Under the pieces are notes generated by a model. That model did no database searches, was not told the DNA's origin, and saw only the letters and a list, made by a program, of their open reading frames with translations. The position numbers and the translations under genes were made by a program. Source: a bacterium (GTDB lineage: Bacteria > Krumholzibacteriota > Krumholzibacteriia > LZORAL124-64-63). Taken from it: a stretch of 64,000 nucleotides of DNA. The stretch's first letter is position 1. The number at the start of each line of letters is the position of its first letter. The DNA is taken from NCBI GenBank assembly GCA_018814885.1, contig JAHIYU010000072.1, forward strand, positions 2,211-66,210. Reading direction: 5' to 3'. Shown piece after piece: positions 55,383 to 64,000 of this stretch.

Positions 55383-56837
55383 CTACAACCCCACCATCCC
55401 GTTGAACTCCCTGATCCGCTCGTCCCAGCCCTCGGCCTCGGCGAACATCTCCGGCCAGAAGTCGCGGTCCCAGAGCCGGCGCAGATCGTCCACGTCGCGC
55501 TGCTGTTGCTCGACCCAGGTGAAGTACTTGAAGTTGTGGAGCTGCTTGCGGTCCTGGTAGCTCAGCTCGCGCACGTGATCGGGCGTGACCCCGACGAGCC
55601 AGCGCTCCCGGTGGCGCAGGGCGTCCTCGCGCGCGTAGGGTCCGTGCGCGTCGTTCAGCTCGGCCAGGCGCGACGCGTAGAGCTCGGTGGAGTCGGTCAG
55701 CGGCGTGAAGATCACGTCACGCCCGTCCATTTCGTAGTGGCGGGCGGTCTTGATCGCCGAGACCAGGTTGCCGATGGACGAGATGCCCAGAAGGTGGAGC
55801 TGGTCGACCAGGTCGATGGGCACACCCTCGCGCTCGAGGGTCGCGCGGCCCGCGGGCTCGTTGAACAGGCGCAGCAGGTCCATGCACTGCTGGTCGTCGA
55901 CGGCGACCACGAAGTCGGTGTTGCGCACGTTGTGGATCCAGGGCACGTGCTTGTCGCCGATGCCCTCGATGCGGTGGCCGCCGAAGCCGCAGCGCAGCAG
56001 GGTCGGGCACTGCAGCGCCTCGCTGGCGGCGATCAGGGCGCCGGGATGGCGGTCCTTCAGGTAGTCGCCGGCGGCCAGCGTCCCGGCCGAGCCGGTGGCC
56101 GAGACCCAGGCGGCGAAGCGGTCGCGCGGGCCCGCGAGGCGCGCGAAGATCTCGTCGACGATGCCGCCGGTCAGGTGGTAGTGCCACTGGGCGTTGCCCC
56201 ACTCCTCGAACTGGTTGAAGATCACGCATTCGGGGCGCGTGCGTCGGATCTCCCAGCACTTGTCGTAGATCTCCTTGACGTTCGACTCGCAGCCGGGCGT
56301 GGCGATGACCTCGGTGGCCACGTCCTGGAGCCATTCGAAGCGCTCGCGGCTCATCTCCTCGGGCAGGATGGCCACCGAATCGCAGGCCAGCAGCTTCGAG
56401 TCGAAGGCGCCGCCGCGGCAGTAGTTGCCGGTGCTCGGCCACACGGCCTTCTGCGCGGTGGGATCGAAGGCGCCGGTCACCAGGCGCGGCACCAGGCAGC
56501 CGTAGGCCGCGCCCACCTTGTGCGCGCCGGTGGGGAAGTACCTGCCCACCAGGCCGACGATGCGCGCCGGGACGCCCGTCAACTCGGGCGGGAATTCGAG
56601 CCAGTTGCCATCGTTGAACAGCCCGCTCTGCGGGTCGTTCTTCCAGGTGATGCGGAAGAGGTTGACCGGGTCGATGTCCCACAGTCCCACCTCGCGCAGC
56701 CGCTCCTTGATCCGGCCGGGGACCAGCGACGGGTCCTTCATCTCCGCCAGGGTGGGCAGGACGATGTTGCGCTCGCGCGCGCGCGCGGCGGCCTTGTCCA
56801 GGACGGCGGGGTCCACGATATCGAGTGTGTGCGGCAT
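55383..56837 (-). CDS. Pyridoxal-phosphate-dependent enzyme, fold type II (Trp-synthase-beta / cysteine-synthase superfamily), 484 aa
   Basis: PLP-lysine block FPTGAHKVGAAYG. Overall fold-II pattern. GAGGA RBS before ATG 56837. Only the 3' 1455 nt of the long 55383..59174 ORF are used. Confidence 0.55.
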   Translation of the reverse strand: MPHTLDIVDPAVLDKAAARARERNIVLPTLAEMKDPSLVPGRIKERLREVGLWDIDPVNLFRITWKNDPQSGLFNDGNWLEFPPELTGVPARIVGLVGRYFPTGAHKVGAAYGCLVPRLVTGAFDPTAQKAVWPSTGNYCRGGAFDSKLLACDSVAILPEEMSRERFEWLQDVATEVIATPGCESNVKEIYDKCWEIRRTRPECVIFNQFEEWGNAQWHYHLTGGIVDEIFARLAGPRDRFAAWVSATGSAGTLAAGDYLKDRHPGALIAASEALQCPTLLRCGFGGHRIEGIGDKHVPWIHNVRNTDFVVAVDDQQCMDLLRLFNEPAGRATLEREGVPIDLVDQLHLLGISSIGNLVSAIKTARHYEMDGRDVIFTPLTDSTELYASRLAELNDAHGPYAREDALRHRERWLVGVTPDHVRELSYQDRKQLHNFKYFTWVEQQQRDVDDLRRLWDRDFWPEMFAEAEGWDERIREFNGMVGL

Positions 56838-56981
56838 GGATTTGTCCTCGGCTGGTCCAGGGGCTTTATTATCCGTCGGGCAACTGATAGACTGCCATCG
56901 CTTCGTTTCGACTAGAATGCGAGACCAGACGCTTCCGGTCAACCCGGCTGTTGCCGGCCCACGCCTCCGAAGGATGAGATC

Positions 56982-59246
56982 ATGGTCATCGAGACGACAC
57001 GCGAGATGGTGCAGCAGGTTTACGAGAAGTCCCGCGCACGGCTGGCGGTCGTCCGCGCCAGGCTGGGCCGGCCGCTGACCCTGGCCGAGAAGATCCTCTT
57101 CGGCCACCTGGACGATCCGGCCGGTCAGGAGCTGGCCCGCGGCGAGGCCACGCTGGCCCTGCGTCCCGATCGCGTCGCCATGCAGGACGCCACCGCGCAG
57201 ATGGCCATCCTGCAGTTCATGCAGGCCGGGCGCGACGAGACCGCCGTGCCGACCACCGTCCACTGCGACCATCTGCTGCTGGCCCACAAGGGCGCCGCGT
57301 ACGACAAGGCCCACGCCCTGGACGCGAACAGGGAGGTCTACGACTTCCTGAGCTCCGCGGCCGACCGCTACGGCATGGGCTTCTGGAAGCCCGGCAGCGG
57401 CATCATCCACCAGATCGTCCTGGAGAATTACGCGCTGCCCGGCGGCCTGATCATCGGTACCGACAGCCACACGCCCAACGGCGGCGGCCTGGGCATGGTG
57501 GCCTGCGGCGTGGGCGGCGCCGACGCCGTCGACGTGATGGTGGGCATGCCCTGGGAGGTCAAGCACCCGAAGCTGATCGGCGTCAAGCTGACCGGGGCGC
57601 CGAGCGGCTGGACCGCCCCCAAGGACGTCATCCTCAAGCTCTGCGGCATCCTCACGGTCAAGGGCGGCACCAACGCCATCGTGGAGTACTTCGGCGACGG
57701 CTGCGCCGCGCTGAGCTGCACCGGCAAGGCGACGATCACCAACATGGGCGCCGAGCTGGGCGCGACGACCAGCGTCTTCCCCTACGACGAGCGCATGGCG
57801 ACCTATCTGCGGGCCACCCGGCGCGCCGACCTGGCGGATCTGGCCGACGCCAACACTGACCTGCTGACCGCCGACCCCGAGGTCGCCGTGGACCCCGGGA
57901 CGTTCTACGACCGGATCGTCGAGATCGACCTGACGACCCTCGAGCCGCACCTGGTCGGCCCCCACTCGCCCGACATCGCCCATCCCGTGGGGCGCATGGC
58001 CGCCGACACGGAGCGCGAGGGCTATCCCGAGAAGCTGACGGCCGCGCTGATCGGCAGCTGCACCAACTCGTCCTACGAGGACATCTGCCGCACCGCCGAC
58101 GTGGCCCGGCAGGCCCTCGACAAGGGTCTGAGGATGAGGACCAGCCTGTGGGTCTCGCCGGGCAGCGACCAGATCTACGAGACGATCAAGCGCGACGGCC
58201 AGCTCGCAGTCCTGGAGGAGGTGGGCGCCACGGTGCTGACCAACGCCTGCGGCCCCTGCATCGGCCAGTGGAAGCGCGACGACATCGCCGAGGGCGAGGC
58301 CAACAGCATCGTCACCTCCTTCAACCGCAACTTCGCCAAGCGCAACGACGGCAATCCCCGGACCCACGCCTTCATCGGCAGCCCGGAGGTGGTCATGGCC
58401 TACGGCCTGGCCGGCACCCTGAAGTTCAATCCGTTGAGCGATACCCTGGTCAACGCAGAGGGCGAACGGGTGAGGCTCGATCCGCCCGCGGTCGCCGACG
58501 AGTTGCCGCCCGACGGCTTCGTCGTCGCGACCGGCGGCTACCAGGCGCCGGGCGCCGGCGCCGGGGGGGAGGTCGTGGTCGATCCCGGCAGCGAGCGCCT
58601 GGCCCTGCTGGAGCCGTTCTCGCGGTGGCACGGCGGCGACTACGAGGAGCTGCCCCTGCTGATCAAGGCCCTGGGCAAGTGCACCACCGACCACATCTCC
58701 ATGGCCGGCCCGTGGCTGAAGTACCGCGGCCACCTGGACAACATCAGCGACAACATGCTCATCGGCGCGGTCAACGCCTTCACCGGGCAGACCAACAGCG
58801 TCAAGAATCTGGTGACGGGCGAATACGGCGCCGTGCCGGCCACCGCGCGCGACTACAAGGCCCGCGGCCTGCGCTGGGTAGTGGTCGGCGACGAGAACTA
58901 CGGGGAGGGATCGTCCCGCGAGCACGCGGCCATGGAGCCGCGGCACCTGGGCTGCGCCGCGGTGCTCGTGCGCAGCTTCGCCCGCATCCACGAGACGAAC
59001 CTGAAGAAGCAGGGCGTCCTGCCGCTGACCTTCGCCGACCCCGCCGACTACGACAAGGTCCGCGAAGACGACCGTGTCTCGATCCGCGGCCTGGCCTCGC
59101 TCGCGCCGGGCGAGCCGTTGCAGGTGGAGTTGAAGCACGCCGACGGGACGGCGGATGCTTTCGCCGTGAACCACACGTTCACGGCGGAGCAGATCGGGTG
59201 GTTCGCGGCGGGCTCGGCCCTGAACAGGATCAAGGCGGGCGTCTAG
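56982..59246 (+). CDS. Aconitate hydratase (754 aa, mitochondrial-type / short aconitase)
   Basis: Fe-S ligand contexts, including [32 protein letters not shown] and the CGPCIGQW / SCTNSSYED cysteine motifs. SREHAA near the C-terminal swivel domain. Confidence 0.85.
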   Translation: MVIETTREMVQQVYEKSRARLAVVRARLGRPLTLAEKILFGHLDDPAGQELARGEATLALRPDRVAMQDATAQMAILQFMQAGRDETAVPTTVHCDHLLLAHKGAAYDKAHALDANREVYDFLSSAADRYGMGFWKPGSGIIHQIVLENYALPGGLIIGTDSHTPNGGGLGMVACGVGGADAVDVMVGMPWEVKHPKLIGVKLTGAPSGWTAPKDVILKLCGILTVKGGTNAIVEYFGDGCAALSCTGKATITNMGAELGATTSVFPYDERMATYLRATRRADLADLADANTDLLTADPEVAVDPGTFYDRIVEIDLTTLEPHLVGPHSPDIAHPVGRMAADTEREGYPEKLTAALIGSCTNSSYEDICRTADVARQALDKGLRMRTSLWVSPGSDQIYETIKRDGQLAVLEEVGATVLTNACGPCIGQWKRDDIAEGEANSIVTSFNRNFAKRNDGNPRTHAFIGSPEVVMAYGLAGTLKFNPLSDTLVNAEGERVRLDPPAVADELPPDGFVVATGGYQAPGAGAGGEVVVDPGSERLALLEPFSRWHGGDYEELPLLIKALGKCTTDHISMAGPWLKYRGHLDNISDNMLIGAVNAFTGQTNSVKNLVTGEYGAVPATARDYKARGLRWVVVGDENYGEGSSREHAAMEPRHLGCAAVLVRSFARIHETNLKKQGVLPLTFADPADYDKVREDDRVSIRGLASLAPGEPLQVELKHADGTADAFAVNHTFTAEQIGWFAAGSALNRIKAGV

Positions 59247-59321
59247 CCGGATCGATCATCGGCAACAAGCAGCCCCGCCGCTCGGCGAGCGGCGGGGCTG
59301 TTCCGTGCGGCGCGGTCCGGC

Positions 59322-59936
59322 TTACTTGTACAGGCTCTTCACGCCGCCCCAGTTCGCGTTTTCGCCGACCACGGGATTCTGGTTGGGGAACCAGATCCCG
59401 GCGTGGTCCGGGGCGGTGACGATGACGTCGTCGCACCAGTAGCCGTCCTCGACGGCAACGCTGTACATGCGGAACTCCACCATCAGGCCCAGGTGATTAG
59501 GGTCCGTGCCGTCGAAAGTCCACGTCCAGGTCAGCTGCTCCCAGCCGGTCCCGGCCGAGTAGGTCCCGCTGCCGCCTGCCGACCCCGTGTAGTTCAAGTG
59601 GTCGTTGTCGGTGTAGTGGCCCCAGATCCGGGAACTCGGCGACACGCCCGCGGAGGTGTCGTACGTCCAGAAGCTGGCCGTGACCACGTCGCCGTTCTGC
59701 AGGTCCGAGATCCAGGCGACGTACATCTGGGGCGTGCCGCCGAGGGGATCCTCGTAACCGAAGAGGGCGCTTGCGCCGGTGTGGACGACATCGGTCACGT
59801 TCGCCCCCCCGCCGACGTTGCCGTCGGTGCCGAAGACCGTCGAGTACCCGTCTTCCCATCCGAAGGAGCGGGTGTGCTGGGCCACCGCGCCGGTGGCCAT
59901 CGCGGCGATCAGCGCCGCGATCGTCAATAACTTCAT
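59322..59936 (-). CDS. Small secreted protein, tandem paralog A, with the C-terminal WGxVKxLY tag
   Basis: GGAGGA RBS before ATG 59936. Signal peptide MKLLTIAALIAAMATGAVA. Conserved YGWEDG and LGGTPQ.Y.AWI blocks shared with the neighbour. C-terminus ...ENANWGGVKSLYK-stop. Confidence 0.6.
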   Translation of the reverse strand: MKLLTIAALIAAMATGAVAQHTRSFGWEDGYSTVFGTDGNVGGGANVTDVVHTGASALFGYEDPLGGTPQMYVAWISDLQNGDVVTASFWTYDTSAGVSPSSRIWGHYTDNDHLNYTGSAGGSGTYSAGTGWEQLTWTWTFDGTDPNHLGLMVEFRMYSVAVEDGYWCDDVIVTAPDHAGIWFPNQNPVVGENANWGGVKSLYK

Positions 59937-60103
59937 GCCATCTATCCTCCTCGCCTCGCACTTTGGAAGCCGGTTGATCACGTCCCTATTATTTTGACAT
60001 ATAATCATGGATTTGGCAAGTTCTCGTCTGGCTTGGCGGGCAAGTGGAAGCCCCGCCGCTTTAGGAGCGACGGGGCCTTCGTGATACCAGCGAAACTTTC
60101 CGC

Positions 60104-60748
60104 TTACCTGAACAGGTTCTTCACAGCGCCCCAGGAGGAGTCCTCGTTGCCGACGGGCTCGCGGTCGGGGAAGTAGATCGTCGCATTATCGGGAGCGGTG
60201 ATGGTGATGTCATCCACCCAGGTATCGGTGTCGCCGGGCGGCGTGACACCGGTGCCGCTGTAGATGCGGAACTCGATCACCAGCGCGGTCGCGTCGGGGT
60301 CGGGAGTGCCGGAGACGCCGTAGGTCCAGCTGTCGGCGATGTTCTCCCAGCCGATGCCGGTCGTGTAGGGGCCGAGGCCGCTGGCCGTGCCGGCATAGTC
60401 GTTGATGTCATTGGTGCTGTAGTGGCCCCACAGGCGGAAGCGGGGGTAGTAGTCGGGGTCTGGCGTGTCGTCGAAGACCCAGCAGTCCACATTGACCACG
60501 TCGTTGAGCTGCAGGCCCGTGATCCAGGCCAGATAGACCTGGGGCGTGCCGCCCAGGGGCTCTTCCCACGTGTACAGGGACCGGTCGCCGCTGTGGGAGA
60601 AGTCCCCCACGTTCACGGTACCACCCACGTTGCCGTAGATGCCATGAGCTGTGCCGACACCGTCTTCCCAGCCGTAGCTGAGAGTCTGATCCGCCATCGC
60701 GCCGGTGGCCGCCACGGTGAGAACCAGCATAATTGTCAATAGCCTCAT
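60104..60748 (-). CDS. Small secreted protein, tandem paralog B, with the C-terminal WGxVKxLY tag
   Basis: GAGGAGGA RBS about 9 nt before ATG 60748. Signal peptide MRLLTIMLVLTVAATGAMA. C-terminus ...NEDSSWGAVKNLFR-stop. Preceded by a roughly 340-bp AT-rich leader / promoter region. Confidence 0.6.
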   Translation of the reverse strand: MRLLTIMLVLTVAATGAMADQTLSYGWEDGVGTAHGIYGNVGGTVNVGDFSHSGDRSLYTWEEPLGGTPQVYLAWITGLQLNDVVNVDCWVFDDTPDPDYYPRFRLWGHYSTNDINDYAGTASGLGPYTTGIGWENIADSWTYGVSGTPDPDATALVIEFRIYSGTGVTPPGDTDTWVDDITITAPDNATIYFPDREPVGNEDSSWGAVKNLFR

Positions 60749-61203
60749 GTTTCTCATCCTCCTCATTGCTCGAGTGGACTCGGGTGTAAGTGGGAGCTCC
60801 TCGGTGTCTCGCCACCTGTTGTGTTGCTTCTGAATGCACAGAAGCGGCAGCCGCACGCGACGGCCACCAGGACCAGAAACGAAGTCTCTTGTTCAGAATC
60901 CCGTAGATCACTCACGATTACAAACTTATATCCAGGATTCTTCAAGAGGACCTAAGTGTATCACGAAATACTACATTATTCAACATTCTAACTCCCGAAA
61001 ACGAAAATTTAATATATAAGCCGTGCTGATCGATCCGTCGCAGCGCAAAATCACCTGGGGGAGCCGCACGCCGCATAAAGCACCAGGAAAATCAACCGAT
61101 TGCAACAGGATGGAATGAGTTGATGCGCCTGCGGCCGCGTCGTGACACTATGGGACGCGGCGACATATCGCCGCGATCGCTCACCGCTGGAGGGGACGGA
61201 GCG

Positions 61204-61743
61204 ATGCCGGTCTTAAGATCGATCATCCTGGTTGCCCTGCTGGCCGTGCTGGCCGGCTGCGCCGGCGGGCGTCCGTCGCGCGATCGGGCTCCGGTGGTCC
61301 ATGACGACGTTCCCGCCACTCCGGGGGCTTTGCCTCGCGCCGCCGGCTGGTTCGGCGATTCCGCCGATGACGTCTCGGGGAAAGCCGCCCGCTGCCACAT
61401 GCTGCGCACCGCCCTGGCCGACACCACCCATTCCTGGCTGTGGCTCGAACTGGACCTGTCCGGGGACGCGTCGGTGCGGGTCTCCGGTCCTGGCGCGCTG
61501 GTCTTCGTCCTCGCGACCGGCGATGTCGTCCGCGAGGTCCGGGACGCCGGGTTGTTCGTCGCCCTCAGCCTCGACGCGAACACCTTCCTCAACTCCACGA
61601 GCGGGCCCATCACCATCCGGTCCGGCCACGCGACCGCCGGCTCCGGCTGCGTGAGGCTTCTCGCCAGGTTGCCGGCGGTAGACACCAGGCGGACCGTGGT
61701 CGATCATGTGAGTCCGGTACCGGGGCGCTGGATCCAGAAATAA
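61204..61743 (+). CDS. Hypothetical lipoprotein
   Basis: Lipobox LLAVLAGC after MPVLRSIILVA. The antisense ORF 61092..61685 has no such features. Confidence 0.5.
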   Translation: MPVLRSIILVALLAVLAGCAGGRPSRDRAPVVHDDVPATPGALPRAAGWFGDSADDVSGKAARCHMLRTALADTTHSWLWLELDLSGDASVRVSGPGALVFVLATGDVVREVRDAGLFVALSLDANTFLNSTSGPITIRSGHATAGSGCVRLLARLPAVDTRRTVVDHVSPVPGRWIQK

Positions 61744-61755
61744 TAGGGGAACGCC

Positions 61756-63054
61756 ATGGCGTTGAACTGGGAAGACATCCGCTATCGCGGCGATATCCGC
61801 GATGTCCAGGAACTCTACGACAGCTACCGTATCGAGGATTACCTCGAGGCCTTCGAGGCGAACCGCCACCACCAGGACGAGGGGGTGCGCGAGAACCTGC
61901 TGAAGCACGGCATCCGCCTGACCGGGCAGCTCTCGCCCCGCATCTTCCGCCTGCACGCCGAAACCGCGGCGGCGCTCGAGGTAGCGGGCGACGCCGAGAT
62001 CTTCTGCCTGCCCGACAGCGACATGAACGCCTTCGCCGTGCTCGACATCCGCGAGGACAGGACACATTCGCTGATCGGCATCACCGCCGGCGCCCTCGAA
62101 CATCTGGAGGACGCGGAGATCAAGTTCATCCTGGGCCACGAGATGGGCCACTTCCTCTGCGGCCACAACCGCCTCAACGCGGTCTTCTCCACGGACGAGC
62201 GGAACCCCAAGGCCACCGTGCTGCCGCCCTTCGGCGAGAGCCTGTTCCTGCGCTGGCGCAAGAAGGCCGAGGTGAGCGCGGACCGGGCGGGCCTGCTGGT
62301 GTGCCGCGACTTCCACGCCGCCGCGCGCGCGCTGCTGAAGATCACCTTCGGCCTGACCGAGAAGAACCTCAACCTGGAGATCGACGCCCTGGTCGCCCAG
62401 ATCGACGAGATCAGCGGCTCGACGGAGATGATCGAGGAGGCCTTCGCCTCGCATCCGCTGCTGCCGGTGCGCCTGAAGGCCCTCGAGCTTTTCGCGGGCA
62501 GCGAGCGGGCCAAGCGCAACGGCTGCGACGTCCTGCCGGGCACGCTCGCCGACGACGCGCTCGAGGACGGCGTGGACCGCCTGGTCGTCCTCAGCCGACG
62601 CTACCCGACCAAGCCCCTCGACGTGGCCATGATGCACGTCCTGGCCATGGCCGGCGTGCTGGTCCTGGGCGCCGACGCCGACGTGAGCGACGAGGAGGTC
62701 AAGCTGCTGGTGCAGCAGCTGCACACCGTGTTCACCGACGAGCCCGAGGATGTCATCGTCACCGACCGCGAGGAGATCGCGCGCCGCCTGCCCGAGGCGT
62801 GCCGGGTGATCGTCGAGCAGGGGGACGACGACGCCAAGCAGTTCCTGCTGTCGCGGATCGCGGAGATCGCCCTGGCCGACGGGGCGCTCATGGACAGCGA
62901 GGCCGAGCAGATCCACGAGGTGGCCAAGATGCTCGAGGTGCCCGAGAAGGTGACCTACGCCGTCATCGTCGGCGCGGCGCAGTCGGTGGGTTTCCGGGCC
63001 GACGCCAAGCTCAACCGCATCGCCGCGCAGCTGCGGCGGTCGCTGTCCCCGTGA
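61756..63054 (+). CDS. M48-family zinc metallopeptidase fused to a C-terminal TerB-like domain
   Basis: HEXXH as ILGHEMGHFLCGH. C-terminal ~140 aa with a TerB-like acidic helical pattern (DEEVKLLVQQL...AKQFLLSRIAEIALADGALMDSEAEQI). Confidence 0.65.
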   Translation: MALNWEDIRYRGDIRDVQELYDSYRIEDYLEAFEANRHHQDEGVRENLLKHGIRLTGQLSPRIFRLHAETAAALEVAGDAEIFCLPDSDMNAFAVLDIREDRTHSLIGITAGALEHLEDAEIKFILGHEMGHFLCGHNRLNAVFSTDERNPKATVLPPFGESLFLRWRKKAEVSADRAGLLVCRDFHAAARALLKITFGLTEKNLNLEIDALVAQIDEISGSTEMIEEAFASHPLLPVRLKALELFAGSERAKRNGCDVLPGTLADDALEDGVDRLVVLSRRYPTKPLDVAMMHVLAMAGVLVLGADADVSDEEVKLLVQQLHTVFTDEPEDVIVTDREEIARRLPEACRVIVEQGDDDAKQFLLSRIAEIALADGALMDSEAEQIHEVAKMLEVPEKVTYAVIVGAAQSVGFRADAKLNRIAAQLRRSLSP

Positions 63055-63064
63055 AGGATCCGGG

Positions 63065-64000
63065 CTAGGCGGGCAGGGCGGCCAGCAGGGCCTCGTTGTC
63101 GGGGTACTTCTCCAGCGTGGTGATCAGCGAGCCCAGGGCGTCGCGGGGGCTGCGCTCGGCCAGCATGCCGCGCATGCGGTTTATGCGGCTCACCGTGGCC
63201 TCGTCGTAGAGACGGTCCTCGCGGCGGGTGCCGCTCTCGGTGATGCTGATGGCGGGGAAGAGGCGCAGGTCCGCCAGCTGGCGGTCCAGCACGATCTCGC
63301 TGTTGCCCGTCCCCTTGAACTCCTGGAAGATCAGCTCGTCCATGCGCGACCCGGTGTCCACCAGGGCGGTGGCCAGGATCGTCACCGAGCCGCCGTTCTC
63401 GATGTTGCGCGCCATGCCGAAGAAGCGCCGCGGCGTCTCCAGGGCGCCGACCTCCATGCCGCCGGACATGACCCGCCCCTTGCCGCTGCCCATCAGGTTG
63501 AAGGCGCGCCCGATGCGCGTGAGGCTGTCGACGACCACCACCACGTCGTGCCCGCATTCGAGCTCCACCTGGACGTGGGCCATCATCATGCGCGTCAGCT
63601 CCACGTGCTCCTGGTACGGCTGGTCGTTGGTGCTGGCGAAGACGTCGGCCTGCACGTTGCGCCGGAAGTGGGTGACCTCCTCGGGACGCTCGTCCACCAG
63701 CAGCGCCAGCACGCGCGTGCCGGGTTCGGCGGCGCTGATGGCGTTGCAGAGCTTCTCCAGGATGGTGGTCTTGCCGGCCTTCGGCGGCGAGACGATCAGG
63801 CCGCGGGTGCCCTTGCCGATGGGCGCGATCAGGTCGACGATGCGCATGGTCATGTCGCCGCTGTCGGCCAGCCGCAGCCGTTCGTCGGGGCTGATCACGA
63901 CCAGGTCGCGCATGGGCGTGCGGCGCGCGAAGTCCTCCGTCGTCAGGCCGCAGACCTCCATGATCGTGTCCATCACGTACCCGTTGCGCGTCTTCGTCAG
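63065..64000 (-). CDS. rho: Transcription termination factor Rho (C-terminal ATPase portion; N-terminus beyond window end)
   Basis: Walker A GKGTRGLIVSPPKAGKTT, VLALLVDERPEEV and the C-terminal ...LLAALPA. ORF is open to the window edge. Confidence 0.9.
   Translation of the reverse strand: MTKTRNGYVMDTIMEVCGLTTEDFARRTPMRDLVVISPDERLRLADSGDMTMRIVDLIAPIGKGTRGLIVSPPKAGKTTILEKLCNAISAAEPGTRVLALLVDERPEEVTHFRRNVQADVFASTNDQPYQEHVELTRMMMAHVQVELECGHDVVVVVDSLTRIGRAFNLMGSGKGRVMSGGMEVGALETPRRFFGMARNIENGGSVTILATALVDTGSRMDELIFQEFKGTGNSEIVLDRQLADLRLFPAISITESGTRREDRLYDEATVSRINRMRGMLAERSPRDALGSLITTLEKYPDNEALLAALPA

Noticed and set aside
55506-59174. ORF 55506..56915 (plus), ORF 55717..56682 (minus) and the 5' extension of the 55383..59174 minus ORF beyond 56837
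   Set aside because: The real minus-strand gene starts at ATG 56837 with an RBS. Upstream of that the long ORF overlaps aconitase on the opposite strand and translates to low-complexity sequence. The plus-strand ORF is a shadow frame.
59937-60103. Hairpin GCCCCG...CGGGGC between the two paralog genes, as a possible terminator for 60104..60748
   Set aside because: The stem is short with a long loop and there is no clear U-tract on the transcribed strand; too weak to call.
61092-63068. ORFs 61092..61685 (minus), 61213..62916 (minus), 61232..61654 (plus) and 61440..63068 (plus) overlapping the lipoprotein and M48 genes
   Set aside because: No motifs and biased R / G / P / A composition. The chosen frames carry a lipobox and an HEMGH motif respectively.
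1-64000. Search for CRISPR arrays, tRNA / rRNA genes, transposases / integrases and toxin-antitoxin pairs
   Set aside because: I found no direct-repeat / spacer periodicity, no cloverleaf-like conserved tRNA blocks in the short intergenic regions, and no DDE / tyrosine-recombinase motifs in any frame. The window appears to be ordinary chromosomal backbone apart from the two low-GC islands.

Overview
High-GC (about 68-70%) bacterial chromosomal segment, densely coding on both strands, with many 4-nt start/stop overlaps (ATGA/GTGA). I see no rRNA, tRNA, CRISPR array or IS element. Several secreted proteins end in a FlgD-Ig-like/T9SS-type C-terminal sorting domain, so the source is probably an uncultivated diderm related to the FCB group (Gemmatimonadota/Eisenbacteria-like); this is inference. 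Supported content, in order: a poly-gamma-glutamate locus (pgsB, pgsC, a PgsA-substitute candidate, a secreted protein and an outer-membrane barrel); an LVIVD-repeat lipoprotein carrying a C-terminal FGE-sulfatase domain beside a DUF1624 acyltransferase; a DUF2461 protein; two S8 subtilases; Xaa-Pro aminopeptidase; a DMT transporter / CPBP protease / HxxxDG acyltransferase / zinc-ribbon membrane protein cluster; an RRM RNA-binding protein; a B12-binding radical SAM enzyme; a low-GC SGNH hydrolase; nickel superoxide dismutase with a Sec signal peptide; a fused MFS/spermidine synthase broken by one in-frame TAG; DUF1684, DUF456 and isoaspartyl peptidase genes; a subtilisin - caspase(C14) - TPR-CHAT run of three signal-peptide-bearing proteases on one strand (caspase and TPR-CHAT overlap by 4 nt, the subtilisin lies 14 nt upstream); an MFS transporter; MltF; an HExxH metalloprotease; a cyclase; a CaCA antiporter; a pseudouridine synthase; a low-GC methyltransferase + beta-helix island; a PLP-dependent enzyme; mitochondrial-type aconitase; an M48-TerB peptidase; and a partial rho. 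The most interesting signal is a conserved ~15-residue extreme C-terminal motif (E-[DN]-x-x-W-G-x-V-K-x-[LM]-[YF]-[RKD]-stop) shared by four otherwise unrelated signal-peptide proteins, a candidate undescribed sorting tag. A large share of the supplied six-frame ORFs are GC-driven shadow frames and were rejected.
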